NCBI GenBank assembly: GCA_963743815.1
Contig: CAVURB010000002.1
Span: forward strand, 76,014 to 140,013
Reading direction: 5' to 3'
DNA length: 64,000 nt
Source: an uncultured Chloroflexia bacterium
GTDB taxonomy: Bacteria; Chloroflexota; Limnocylindria; Limnocylindrales; CSP1-4
Part shown: piece after piece, positions 1 through 10,669 of the stretch
How the letters are laid out: the number at the start of each line of letters is the position of its first letter
Numbering within the stretch: the stretch's first letter is position 1
The notes under the pieces: generated by a model
What the model was told of the DNA's origin: nothing
The model's input: only the letters and a program-made list of their open reading frames with translations
Databases searched by the model: none
Translations under genes and position numbers: made by a program

Positions 1-713
1 TCGACCGCGAGCATCGCCGGGCCCAGCGGCAGGGTCGCTGGCGACCCGAAGAGTTCGGTGAGGGTCCCGCCACCGGTCAGGTCGCGGTCGCCGACGAGCC
101 CCACGCTCGTCCCGCCACGGAGCGCCGCCAGGAGCTCGCGACGGGCCTCGCGAAGCCCCACGATGCGAAGGCCCATCGCGCCCGCGGGTCCGCACGAACC
201 AGTCCTGCAGGCCCGGGTCGTCGATGGTCTCCATCGGTCCCACGGCCCCGCCGACGCGACTCGCCAGCAGGAGGCCGGGGAGCTCGATCGCCCCGAAATG
301 GAGGCCCACGAAGATGACCGCACCGCCGCCGAACGCCTCGTCGACGATCTCGGGCGTCTCGATGAGCATCCGGGTCGCGATGTCCTCCGGGCGGATCGCC
401 GGCGTCCGGGCGACCTCGAGGTAGTACCGGGCCGCGTGCCGGTACGCCCGCCGCACCAGCCGCTCGAGGGCGCGCGGATCCGTGGCGGCGGCGCGGACCT
501 CGGCCGGCCCGCGGTCACGTGCGGCGAGCACGACGGCCACGCGGCGGAGATTGCGTCGGGCCTGCGCAGCCCGGTCCGGCGTCGCGCGGTACCAGAGGTC
601 ACCCGCGAGCTCGGCCAAGCGGACGAGCGGACCCTCGGGAGCCGACAGGCGACCCACGACGCGACGATCAGGGCGCGACCGCGCAGGCGTCCGACGAAGG
701 CGGTGCGGGTCAC
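1..713 (-). CDS. Lysophospholipid/PIM (PatA/HtrB-like) acyltransferase no. 2; runs off the window edge, frameshifted
   Basis: Manual minus-strand translation gives RRAYRHAARYYLEVAR...VGLHFGAIELPG...VGLVGDRDL...LFGSPATLPLGPAMLA, which are acyltransferase H-x4-D/E and DRD motifs. The GTG start overlaps the upstream TGA (GTGA at 710-713). Confidence 0.75.
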   Translation of the reverse strand, partial: MTRTAFVGRLRGRALIVASWVACRLPRVRSSAWPSSRVTSGTARRRTGLRRPDAISAAWPSCSPHVTAGRPRSAPPPRIRAPSSGWCGGRTGTRPGTTSRSPGRRRSARRTSRPGCSSRRPRSSTRRSAAVRSSSWASISGRSSSPASCWRVASAGPWDRWRPSTTRACRTGSCGPAGAMGLRIVGLREARRELLAALRGGTSVGLVGDRDLTGGGTLTELFGSPATLPLGPAMLAV

Positions 714-1766
714 GGCGCCGCGGCGATCGACGTCGTCGATCCGGCAGCGGTGCCGCCGGCGCGGGCCCGGGTCGGCGATCGCCGGCCTGCATCAGCCGCG
801 CGCGTCGCTCCAGGTCGGCGATCTCCGCCAAGTCCGCCGGCCAGATCGGCTTGAAGCTGTACCACTGGTCCGGCGCCGCCCCGATATTCGCCGCGAGCGC
901 GTCGGCGATGGCCTGGGTCGCGCGCTGGAGCTCGGCAGGTTCGGTCGACGCGACGTCGATCGGATCGGGCCAGGTCACGAGGAACGTGTCGTCGGGCTGG
1001 CGCCGGATCGTGATCGGCAGGATCCGCGACCCGGTCTTGCGCGGCGAGCGTCGCGGGACCGGCCGGAAGGGCCGTCCACGCCCCGAACAGGCGCACCGGG
1101 ATCCCGTCCGCGCGATAGCCCCAGTCCACGAGCAAGCCCAGGATCTCGCCGCGACGCAGCACGCCGAAGATCTCGCGCAGGTTGCGCCACGGGATGAGGT
1201 GGAACCCCCAGGCCTCGCGCTGACGGCGCAGCAGGTCGAAGAGCTCGGGGAACGACGAGTCGTCGGCGACCACGCTGATCGGCATGTCGTGGCCGGCGAT
1301 GGCCGCGCCGACGGCCTCGTTGCTGCCCATGTGGGCGACCACGAGGATCAGGCCGTCGCCGTCGGTCGTCGCCCTTCCAGATGCCCTTGACACCGTCGAA
1401 GTCGAGTCTCGGGGACCAGGGCAGCGACCTGATCCGGCGGAAGTGACGGCAGGCGCATGAGTTCCACGAGGTAACGACCGTAGGCACCGTAGGCACGCAG
1501 GGCCACCCGACGCACCTTCGGGTCGTCGGGTGGCAGACCCAGCACGTGCCCGAAGTTGCGGTTCGACCAGCGTCGCTTGGTAGGCCAGGCGAGATACGAG
1601 AGCTGCGCGCTGAGGCCGCGCGATCGGCGCGCGTGGGCCGTGCGGGCAGGATGGCGAGGAGCCGCTCGGTCACCCGGTACCCGACGACCGCCAGACGCTC
1701 GACGACGCGGGGGCGACTGCCCCCGCGTCGATGCGGTGCCTCGAGTCGGCGCTCGCCCTGGGTCAC
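710..1766 (-). CDS. Lysophospholipid/PIM (PatA/HtrB-like) acyltransferase no. 1, frameshifted
   Basis: Pieces lie in ORFs 975..2129, 1348..1545 ([14 protein letters not shown]) and 710..1393 ([33 protein letters not shown]). The GTG overlaps the ino1 stop. Confidence 0.8.
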
Positions 1767-3004
1767 GACGCCGCGGTCGCGACCTTGGCCTTGTTGCCGG
1801 CGAGCTTGCGGAGCTTGCGCTTGACCGGCGCCTCGGTCCCCACGAGGGTCTCGTTGTCGTCGCCGCGGATGAACGCTTCCACCCGGTTGAACGCGATGTC
1901 GTCGTGGATCTGCTGGGGCGGGCTCTTCATGAAGTAGCTGCTCGGGGCGACGAGCGTGCCCTTGAGGCCACGATCCAGGCCGAGCTTCAGGCAGCGGATC
2001 GCATCCGTGATGACGCCCGCGCTGTTGGGGCTGTCCCAGACCTCGAGCTTGAGCTCGGCGTTGAGCGGCACGTCGCCGAAGGTCGTGCCCTCCATCCGGA
2101 TGTAGCACCACTTGCGGTCGAGCAGCCACGGCACGTGGTCGCTCGGGCCGACGTGGACGTCGTCCGGGTCCAGGTCGTAATCGAGCATGGAGGTGACGGC
2201 GTTGGTCTTGGAGATCTTCTTGGACTCCAGGCGCTCGCGCTCGAGCATGTTGAGGAAGTCGGTGTTGCCGCCGAAGTTGAGCTGGTAGGTGCGATCCAGG
2301 CGGACGCCGCGGTCCATGAACAGGCGGGTCAGCACGCGATGGCTGATGGTCGCGCCGACCTGGCTCTTGATGTCGTCACCGATGACCGGCAGGCCGGCCT
2401 CGGCGAATCGGCGCTGCCAGTACGGCTCACGACCGATGAAGACCGGGATCGCGTTGACGAAGGCGACCCCGGCCGCCAGCGCCTGCTCGGCGTACCACTT
2501 GGTGGCCTCCTCGCTGCCGACCGGCAGGTAGGAGACCATCACGTCGACCTCGCGCTCCTTGAGGATGCCCACGATGTCGGCGGTCTCGCCGGGCGCCTTC
2601 TCGATGATCTCGGACAGGTACTTGCCCAGGCCGTCGTGGACCATGCCGCGCTCGACGGTGACGCCGGTCTTCTCGACCTTCTGGAAGACGTAGGTGTTGT
2701 TGGGCTTGGTGTAGATCGCGTCGGCGAGGTCCTTGCCGACCTTGTTCTTGTCGATGTCGAACGCCGCGACGAAGTCGATGTCGCGGACGTGGTAGCCGCC
2801 CAGGTTGACGTGCATCAGGCCCGGGACGAAGTCATCGTCGTTCGCGTTCTCGTAGTAGTAGCGGCCCTGGACGAGGCTGCTCGCGCAGTTGCCGACGCCG
2901 ACGATCGCGACCCGGATCTTGCCGTCGCCGCGCCGTCCGGCGCCCGCCCACGTGTTGGACGGCGTCGCGCCGTTCTTGCTGCTGCCGTTGCCGTTCTTGC
3001 TCAC
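1763..3004 (-). CDS. ino1: myo-inositol-1-phosphate synthase
   Basis: [55 protein letters not shown]. Likely GTG start at 3004 after a GGAGA RBS. Confidence 0.95.
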   Translation of the reverse strand: MSKNGNGSSKNGATPSNTWAGAGRRGDGKIRVAIVGVGNCASSLVQGRYYYENANDDDFVPGLMHVNLGGYHVRDIDFVAAFDIDKNKVGKDLADAIYTKPNNTYVFQKVEKTGVTVERGMVHDGLGKYLSEIIEKAPGETADIVGILKEREVDVMVSYLPVGSEEATKWYAEQALAAGVAFVNAIPVFIGREPYWQRRFAEAGLPVIGDDIKSQVGATISHRVLTRLFMDRGVRLDRTYQLNFGGNTDFLNMLERERLESKKISKTNAVTSMLDYDLDPDDVHVGPSDHVPWLLDRKWCYIRMEGTTFGDVPLNAELKLEVWDSPNSAGVITDAIRCLKLGLDRGLKGTLVAPSSYFMKSPPQQIHDDIAFNRVEAFIRGDDNETLVGTEAPVKRKLRKLAGNKAKVATAAS

Positions 3005-3686
3005 TGCTGTTCTCCGTTGCTCCCGGGTGACTGGGCTGGTGGGGACTGGTCGTTGCATGGAGGCGGATGCCTGCTGGCTCGCCTGCGAGCGGACGTGGAG
3101 GATCCGCTGGATCACGGTGATGGTGGCGCCGATCGAGATGATGATGAGGGCCCATTCGAGCGCCTTGATGTCCGGCGCATCGGTGAGGATGAGACCGAGC
3201 GAGAGGATGACGAGCCGGATCTCCCGGGGCATGATCCCGACGGCGGCCATGCCGGTCCCTGACGTGAACCCGAGGCCCTCGGACTTGGCCCGGACGTAGC
3301 TGACCATGAAGGCGGAACCCATCGCGATCGCGGCCAGGATCGGCACGCGCGTATGGCCGCCCAGCTCGCCGCCGATGATGATCCCGGTGTAGACGATCAC
3401 CTCGCCCCATCGGTCGAAGACCGAGTCCATGAAGGCGCCGAGGCGACTGACCTTGCCCGTGGCGCGGGCGAGGGTGCCGTCGAACATGTCGAAGGCGCCG
3501 CCGATGAAGACGATGATGCCCGCCGATCGTGAAGCGCTCGAGGGCGACGAGGCCGGCACCGGTGACCGTGATCGCGAACCCGATCAGGGTCAGCATGTCC
3601 GGCGTCAGTCCGAGGCGGCCCATCCCGAGGGCGATCGGTTCGAAGATGCGCTTGACGCGGGCGCGCGTATCGTTGGAGATCGTCAT
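3005..3686 (-). CDS. pgsA: CDP-alcohol phosphatidyltransferase (phosphatidylinositol-phosphate synthase type); frameshift near 3520
   Basis: N-terminus [12 protein letters not shown], then DMFDGTLAR...[10 protein letters not shown] (CDP-alcohol motif) and [12 protein letters not shown]. Adjacent to ino1. The 3' end is uncertain because it reads through into ino1. Confidence 0.85.
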
Positions 3687-3697
3687 GCGGACGGCCG

Positions 3698-4030
3698 TCA
3701 GCTCGCGATGCCGAGGATCGCGCGTTCGCGCTCGGCGACCTCGCCGAACGCTTCGGCGCGCAGCGTCACGACCGTTTCGCGACCCACGCGGCGGGTGTCC
3801 ACGAGTCCGGCGACGCGCAGCCGCTTGAGGTGGTGGCTCACGAGCGGCTGGCTCAGGCCGACGTGGGCGATGAGTTCGGCGACGCTCGCCTCGCCATCCG
3901 CGAGGCGGCGGACGATGCGCAGGCGGTTCACGTCGGCGAGGGCCTTGTGGAAGGCGCGCAGCTCGCGGAGCTCTTCGGGTTGGAGCACGATCGACGCGAT
4001 CGTGGACCGGAACCGGGCGGGCGTCGGCAC
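3698..4030 (-). CDS. ArsR/SmtB-family transcriptional regulator with no cysteines
   Basis: KALADVNRLRIVRRL...SVAELIAHVGLSQPLVSHHLKRLRVAGLV. Confidence 0.9.
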   Translation of the reverse strand: MPTPARFRSTIASIVLQPEELRELRAFHKALADVNRLRIVRRLADGEASVAELIAHVGLSQPLVSHHLKRLRVAGLVDTRRVGRETVVTLRAEAFGEVAERERAILGIAS

Positions 4031-4074
4031 GGGGTGGGGATCTCCGGGGTCGCGGCGGTCGCCGCGGGCGTCGT

Positions 4075-4106
4075 ATCAACGATGGTTGATATCAACGGGC
4101 GTTGAT
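4075..4106. promoter_or_regulatory. Two tandem palindromes ATCAAC-N4-GTTGAT, probable ArsR operator
   Basis: ATCAACgatgGTTGAT at 4075-4090 and ATCAACgggcGTTGAT at 4091-4106, overlapping the -10 and start region of the arsR promoter. Confidence 0.75.
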
Positions 4107-4133
4107 GCTACGGGCGAGCGCGGGCGGTGTCAA
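4105..4133 (-). promoter_or_regulatory. sigma70-type promoter of the arsR-pgsA-ino1 operon
   Basis: TTGACA (4133-4128), 17 bp, TAGCAT (4110-4105) on the minus strand. Confidence 0.75.
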
Positions 4134-4147
4134 GTACGCTCCGCAAC

Positions 4148-5779
4148 GTGATCGACTGCCCGCTCCAGGCTCGTGCTGCTCGTCGTGTTCGGGACCGGCG
4201 TGTTCCTGGCCGGCCTGGAACTGATGATCACGGCCGTCGCCTTGCCGTCCATCCTGGCGGACCTCGTGGACCCGGGTGGGACGTCCGCCTGGGTCGAACT
4301 GCGCAAGGCCAGCTGGATCGTCAACGGCTATCTGCTCGTCTACATCCTCACGATGCCGCTGGCGGGCCGCCTGGCGGACCTGTGGGGAGCGCGTCGGCTG
4401 TTCCTGGGAGCGCTGGCGGTCTTCATCGTGGGCTCGGCGCTGGCCGGGGCGGCCCAGGATCTCGACCAGCTCATCGCCGCACGGCTCGTCCAGGCGGTGG
4501 GCGGCGGCGTCCTCGTCCCGGTGGGAACGGCGGCCGCGGCGCATCTCTACGACGGCCCGGCTCGAGCTCGGGCGCTCGGGGTCATCGGCGCCCTGACGTT
4601 CCTGGGCATGGCGGCCGGGCCGTTCCTGGGTGCCGCGATCCTGGGCGCTGTCCACCCGGAGGACGCCCTCATCGCCGCCGGTCTGGGCGGCTCCACCCTC
4701 GAGGACTGTCCTCGCCCCGGCGTGGCGCTGGATCTTCTACGTGAACGTTCCGATCGGGATCGTGGCGATGACCCTCGCCTGGGCCGCGTCGGACGGGTGG
4801 GAGACGCCGCGTCGATCCGGACGAGTGGACATCCCGGGGGCCGTGCTCTTCGGCATCGCCCTCGCAACAGGACTCCTGGGATTGACCCTCATCGGGGCGA
4901 CCGAGATCGCCGGCACGGACCTGGATCCCGGAACGGTCTCGCTCGTCCTCGGCGCCCTTGCCCTCGTCGCGACGGTCGTCTCGGTCGTTCGCGCGCTCCG
5001 CCTGGCCGACCCGTTCCTCGACGTTCGGCTGTTTCGCAGCGTCCCGTTCAGCAGCGCCGCGCTCGTGTCGTTGCTGACCGGCTATGCGTTCGCGACGGCG
5101 ATCATCGGTGGAGCGGTCTTCGTGGATCGGGTCCTCTACGGCGGACCGGACGAGCAGCGGCTCGCGCTGGGCGCCCTCGCCGGCGCCACCGCCGTGGGCG
5201 CGTTCGCGTCCGGGTTCCTCGTCCGGTTCGCGAGCTATCGGCTCGTGACGGTCGTGGGGCTCGCGCTGAGCATCGGCGGACTCGTCGCGATGTCCGGCTG
5301 GTCGCCCGAGACGGACATCACGGTCGCCGCGGGCGGCCTCGCGGTCTTCGGCCTCGGGTTCGGGCTCAGCGTGACACCGCGATCGACCGCGGCCGTCGAG
5401 GCGGCCGGTCGGCGGGCGTTCGGCGCCGCCTCGTCGGTCGTCACGGTGGCGCGGATGATCGGCATGGCGGTGGGACTCGCCATCCTTACGGCGTACGGGT
5501 CTACGACCATCGATCGTCTCTCGCAGGATGTCTACGCGACGCCCGGATGCCTATCTCCAGTACATCCCCGAGGAGCTGCGCGACCGACCGCTGCGCGATC
5601 CGCTGGTGGTCGCGGCGCTGGAGGCGTGGGCATCGCGCGAGGCTGCCGCCATCATGGTCGGGCTGTTCCTCGTGGCGGCCGTCGTGACCGCCGCGGCCGT
5701 TCCACCGGCGCTCGCACTGGGTGGTCGCGAGCGTATGCTGGCCGACGATGACAACGGTGAGTCGGACCTCATCCTCTGA
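4148..5779 (+). CDS. MFS transporter (DHA2/EmrB-like), frameshifted
   Basis: ASWIVNGYLL...PLAGRLADLWGARRLF, ARLVQAVGGG and WRWIFYVNVPIG across ORFs 4173, 4630 and 5528. Probable GTG start at 4148, 7 nt after TACGCT. Confidence 0.85.
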
Positions 5780-5807
5780 GCGGCCCACCGGTCGCGCCGG
5801 GGAGCCG

Positions 5808-6802
5808 ATGACGCGGCGGCTGGCGCCGGTCACCTCCGGGACGCCGGGCCGGATCCGCGTCGCCGCACTGACCGGTGACACGCTGCGCGAGACCGAGGGC
5901 GATGTCGGCGCTCTCCCGACTGCCGGAGTGGCTCGAGGACCCCGCCACCACGCTGTGGGTGGACCTCAGCGACCCGTCACCCGCCCAGGTCCAGGCCGTC
6001 GGCGCGGCGTTGCGGCTGCACCCGCTGATCGTCGAGGACGTCCTGGAGGGCAACCAGCGCGCCAAGATCGAGTCCACGGACGGCGTCATCCACCTCGTGC
6101 TGTTCGCGCTCACCCATGGCAAGCACTTCGTCGCGAGCGAGATCGATCTCGTCCTGGGGCTCGGGCTTCCTGCTGACCGTCCACGACGCGGCCTGGGATC
6201 CGCGGACCAGCAATCACCTGCGATCCGGCCCGGGCCCGATGATGGGGCACGGCCCCGACCATCTCCTCTGGGCGATCAGCGACGACATCGTGGATGGCTA
6301 CTTCCCCTTCGTGGACGATCTCGGTGACGCCATCGACGCCGTCCAGGACCGGGTCATCGAGAAGGCCACGCCCGAGGTCCTGCAGGACCTCTTCGAGCTC
6401 AAGCGTGAGCTCATCGAGGTCCGCCGCGCCGCGAGCCCGACGCGGGAGGTCTTCAACCAGCTGACGAACCGCGACCTGCCGCTGATCGATGCCGAGGAGA
6501 TCGTCTACTTCCGCGACATCTACGACCACGTGATCCGCCTGACCGACGAACTCGACAACTATCGTGAGCTCGCGTCATCCACGCTCGATGTCTACCTGAC
6601 GCAGATCAACAACAACCTGTCGGTGATCATGAAGCGGCTCACCGGCGTCACCGTCATCCTCGCCGGGATCGGGGCGTTCGCCGGCATCTTCGGGATGAGC
6701 GAGGCGACCGTGGAGGCGGGGAACTTCTGGATCGTGACGGGCGGGATCATGGCGGTCGCCGCGGGCGCCGCCGTCGTGCTCCGGCGGATCGACTGGATCT
6801 GA
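5808..6802 (+). CDS. corA: CorA-family Mg2+/Co2+ transporter, frameshifted
   Basis: LWVDL, LHPLIVEDV...QRAKIE, YFRDIYDH, NNLSVIMKRLT, GIFGMS (variant of the GMN motif). Confidence 0.85.
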
Positions 6803-6811
6803 CGCCGTCAG

Positions 6812-7506
6812 TCAGCCGCACTCCACGGGATCGGCCTCGGGGTGCGCGTCCGCCGGATCGGCGACTTCGACGGACAGCGGCTCGGCGATGACCTGGGTCT
6901 TGCCCGGCGTCCCGCGCGGGCCCTCCGAGGTCTGGAGCCACGAGCTGCTCGGTAGTCGGCACCCAGGGCGTCGATCAGGTCGCGCTGATCGCGTCGAACG
7001 TCCACGACCTCGTACAGGAAGCGGTAGTCGTCGCTCGTCCAGACTTCGACGACCATGCCCCGCTGTTCGCGCTCCGGCGTCTCGAGGAGTGGGAGGAACA
7101 TGCCCTCGCGTGCGTGAGCGAAGAGATAGGTGGCGCGATCCTGGCCGGGTTGGCTGAGCTCCTTGAGGTACATCGCGACGTCGCAGTACGGGTAGCCGTC
7201 GGGACCCTGGATGACGGGCAGGTCGATGTCGAGCGCGGCGACCCGGACGCGCGTCGCGACCCGATCCGGGTCGGCGGTCGGCGTCGCGCTTGGTGCTGAC
7301 GTCGGAGCCCTGCGGGTGGGAGCGTGATCAAGGCGCGACGGGGTCGGCCTGGCCGTGGCGCCGCTCGTCGGGCGTGGCGACGGCGTCGGTTCGGCGGCCA
7401 TCGACGCGGTGTACGTGAGGAGACCAGCGGCGAGCATCGTCACGCCGGCCGCGGTCAGGAGCGCCGGCAGGAATCGCGTGCGGATGCGCTCCGGGACGTC
7501 GGTCAT
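6812..7506 (-). CDS. Membrane-anchored sortase-fold protein (class D/F-like) with Ser at the catalytic Cys position; frameshifted
   Basis: N-terminal TM and Pro/Thr linker, then RVRVAALDIDLPV, YLFAHAREGMF, FLYEVVDVR. The reframed C-terminus reads WLQTSEGPRGTPGKTQVIAEP...VECG*. Confidence 0.7.
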
Positions 7507-7577
7507 GGGAACGGAATGCTAGCGCGAGCCTCGTCGGCACGCTCCGGGCCGCTCGTACTGGTACCCTCCGCGCCAGC

Positions 7578-8253
7578 ATGTGGGCTCGCCTTTCCATCGT
7601 CGCCGGGTTGATCGCCGGCATCGCGGCGGCGGCGCTGGTCCTCGGGGGGATCCTCGCGTTCGCCCCGGAGCCGGTGCCGGCCGTCACGCCTGCCCCGCAA
7701 CCGTCGGTCGCAGCGGCGTCGCCGTCCGCCGGACGCCGGACCGTCCGCGACCGCCGCCGCGAGCGGTTCTCCGGGCGCGTCGGCGGACCCGCCGGGCGGG
7801 TCCGGCGCGTTGTTCGGCGTCGGGGAGCCTGCGCCGGCGCTGGTGGTCCCGCAGGTTGGCGGTGGCACCATCGACCTTGCGAACCTGCGCGGCCAGCCGG
7901 TCTGGGTCAACTTCATGGGCACGTACTGCCCACCGTGCGTGGACGAGTTCCCGCTGATGAACGGATTCGCCGCCCGGTATGCGGACGACGGCCTCGTGGT
8001 CCTTGCGATCGATGTCAAGGAGGAGGAAGGGATCGTCGCCGCGTTCGCGGACCAGCTGGGTACGACCTTCCCGCTGGGCCTCGACAGCGACGGCTCGGTC
8101 GCCGATCGGTGGGGTGCCGCGCTGGCGCTGCCCGTCCACTTCTGGATCGACGAGGACGGGATCGTCCGCGACGCGGCTCTCGGTGGCATCGGGCCGGACA
8201 TCATGGCGCGCGGCCTCCAGTCGATCATGCCGGACATCACCGTCACGCCATGA
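7578..8253 (+). CDS. Membrane-anchored TlpA/ResA-like thiol-disulfide oxidoreductase, frameshifted
   Basis: N-terminal TM; GQPVWVNFMGTYCPPCVDEFP; LPVHFWIDEDGIVR. Confidence 0.88.
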
Positions 8254-8263
8254 CGGACCGGCG

Positions 8264-9163
8264 GTGACGGACACGCCCCACGAGGTCTCGGATCCGGCCG
8301 ACCTGGCCGCAGCGCTCGATCGACTGGTCGCGGCGCACCCGCCGATCCTCCTGGTGGTCGATTTCGACGGCACGCTCGCCCCGGGGTCGCGTGATCCGGG
8401 GGCGGCGCACATCGACCCCGTCGCGCAGCGCGCGATGCGCACCCTGGCGCGGATCGGGGCCGCGCGTCCCGGTCGCGTGCATGTCGCGGTCCTCACCGGT
8501 CGGACGGTCCGCGACGTCGCCGCAAGGGTCCGCGTCGGGGGCGTCGAGTACCTCGGTGATCACGGCCTGCAACGCGGCTGGCTGCCCCGCGGCGGCCACG
8601 TGACCGCGGTGTCGGTCGGCATCGAACCCGGCTTCGACCGGCATGGTGATCCGGCGGAACGGCTGGCTGTCGGCGTGGCCGAGGAGCTCGGCCGGCCGGC
8701 GTGGCTGTACGTGGAACGAAAGGGACCGTCCGTGGCATTCCACGTCCGGCAGGCGGACGACGTCGCGACCGCGCGGATGGCCGTGCTGGCCGCGATCGAG
8801 GTCGTGGAGCGTCGCGATGGGCTGGAGGACCATGGCCTCGAGCACTACCGGGGCCGTTCCGTCGTGGACCTGCGACCGCGCGACGCGGGCGGCAAGCGCG
8901 AGGCGGTGGAGCGGCTCATCGCACGCCACCGGCCCGGCGCGATCATGGCGCTCGGGGATGAGTTGAGCGACGTGGATGCGTTCGAGGCGGTCGTGGCCGC
9001 GCGGGTCCGGCCGGATCGGCCCGTGGTCGGGGTGAACGTGGCCGTCCACGGGTCGAGGCCGGCTCCGGCGGAGCTCAGCGCCCTGGCCGATATCCACGTC
9101 GCTTCTGCCCGGTCCGTCGCGCATCTGATCGCCGATCTCGGCGCGCGACTGGCGACCGGGTAG
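8264..9163 (+). CDS. otsB: Trehalose-6-phosphate phosphatase (HAD family)
   Basis: LVVDFDGTLAP, VLTGR, GDHG, VERKGPSVAFHVR, GKREA, LGDELSDVDAF. Confidence 0.88.
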   Translation: MTDTPHEVSDPADLAAALDRLVAAHPPILLVVDFDGTLAPGSRDPGAAHIDPVAQRAMRTLARIGAARPGRVHVAVLTGRTVRDVAARVRVGGVEYLGDHGLQRGWLPRGGHVTAVSVGIEPGFDRHGDPAERLAVGVAEELGRPAWLYVERKGPSVAFHVRQADDVATARMAVLAAIEVVERRDGLEDHGLEHYRGRSVVDLRPRDAGGKREAVERLIARHRPGAIMALGDELSDVDAFEAVVAARVRPDRPVVGVNVAVHGSRPAPAELSALADIHVASARSVAHLIADLGARLATG

Positions 9164-9169
9164 CGCCAA

Positions 9170-9188
9170 GCGGGGGACCGCTCCCCGC
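9170..9188. terminator. GC-rich hairpin between convergent otsB and nuoN
   Basis: GCGGGG(G)A-ccgc-TCCCCGC, with no clear U-tract. Confidence 0.35.
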
Positions 9189-9196
9189 GCTGCTTC

Positions 9197-10669
9197 CTAC
9201 GGGGTCGTGGCGATGGCCGCGGCGGCCTCGGCGACGATGTCGAGCAGCGCGTTGGGGAAGAGTCCGAAGACGACGGTCAGCGTGGCTGCCGCGGCCAGCC
9301 CGCCCCAGAGCAGGGCGCCGTGCCGAAGTGCGGGTGCGTCACTGCTCGGATCCCGCATGAACATGTAGACGACGACCCGGAGGTAGTAGAACGCGGCGGC
9401 GGCGGCATTGAGCACGGCGATGACGGCCAGGATCGTCAGCGGCCCGCCGGCCTCGACGGCGGCAAGGATCACGTACGCCTTGCCGAAGAACCCGGCGGTC
9501 GGCGGGATGCCCGTCAGCGACAGGAGGAACAGCGTCATGAGGATGCCCAGGATGGGCTCCTTGCGTCCCAGGCCGGCGAACGTGTTCAGCGAGGACGTAA
9601 CGCCAGAGCGCCTCTGGAGTGCGGCGATGATGGCGAACGCGCCCAGGTTCATGAACGTGTACGCCGCCCCGTAGTAGAGCAGGCCCTCGAGCCCGTCCTG
9701 CTCCCCACCGGCCCAGGCCGCAAGGCCCACGAGCATGTACCCGGTGTGGGCGATGGAGCTGTACGCGAGCATGCGCTTGACGTTGTCCTGGGTCAGCGCG
9801 ATGAGGTTGCCCACGGTCATCGTAAGCGCGGCGAGGACGATCATGACCGGCAGCCACACGTCGGCGAGCGGACCGAGGGCCTCCACGAACAGCCGCAGGA
9901 TCAGGGCGAATGCGCCGATCTTGGGCCCGACCGAGAGATAGCCGGTGATGGGCGTGGGGGAGCCCTGGTACGCGTCCGGCGTCCAGTAGTGGAACGGGAC
10001 TGCCGCGATCTTGAACGCGACGCCGGTCGTCATGAACGCCAGTCCCATGGCGAGGCCCGGCGAGAGCGGTGCGGCACCGGCGACGATCTCCGCCAGCGCC
10101 TCCGCGACGCCGTCCACGCGCGTCGTTCCGGTCAGACCCCACACGAACGCCAGGCCGAACAGGAAGATGGCTGAGCTGAACGACCCGAGGAGGAAGTACT
10201 TGATCGCGCCTTCGGTCGAGTACGGGTCGGACTTGTGATACCCCGCCAGCAGGTAGCCAGGCAGGACCATGAGCTCAAGGCCCAGGAACAGCAGCAGCAG
10301 GTCCGCGGAGCCCGCGATGAGCATCGCGCCGGTCATCGCGAAGATGAGGATGATCGCGAACTCGGCGATCGGCAGGTTCCGTGGGAGCAGGTAGTCGGGC
10401 GCGAAGAGGATCGTGAGGACGACGATCGCGATGAACAGGACGTCGAGGAACGTCGTCAGCGCGTCAACCGTGTACGAGCCGCCGAATGCCGTGGCCGGCG
10501 TGGCACCGACGACGATGGTGATGACCGCGGTGATGCCCAGGCCGATGAGCGCCGTGGCGATGGCGATCGGCGAGCGGCCCGGCCAGATGAGGTCGACGAT
10601 CAGCACCGCCGCCGCGGTCAGGACGCCCGCGATGAGCGGGGCGATGGTGACGAGATCTTCGGCGTTCAC
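9197..10669 (-). CDS. nuoN: NADH-quinone oxidoreductase subunit N
   Basis: EGAIKYFLLGS, FKIAAVPFHYWTPDAYQGSP, KRMLAYSSIAH, GIPPTAGFFGK. Confidence 0.96.
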   Translation of the reverse strand: MNAEDLVTIAPLIAGVLTAAAVLIVDLIWPGRSPIAIATALIGLGITAVITIVVGATPATAFGGSYTVDALTTFLDVLFIAIVVLTILFAPDYLLPRNLPIAEFAIILIFAMTGAMLIAGSADLLLLFLGLELMVLPGYLLAGYHKSDPYSTEGAIKYFLLGSFSSAIFLFGLAFVWGLTGTTRVDGVAEALAEIVAGAAPLSPGLAMGLAFMTTGVAFKIAAVPFHYWTPDAYQGSPTPITGYLSVGPKIGAFALILRLFVEALGPLADVWLPVMIVLAALTMTVGNLIALTQDNVKRMLAYSSIAHTGYMLVGLAAWAGGEQDGLEGLLYYGAAYTFMNLGAFAIIAALQRRSGVTSSLNTFAGLGRKEPILGILMTLFLLSLTGIPPTAGFFGKAYVILAAVEAGGPLTILAVIAVLNAAAAAFYYLRVVVYMFMRDPSSDAPALRHGALLWGGLAAAATLTVVFGLFPNALLDIVAEAAAAIATTP

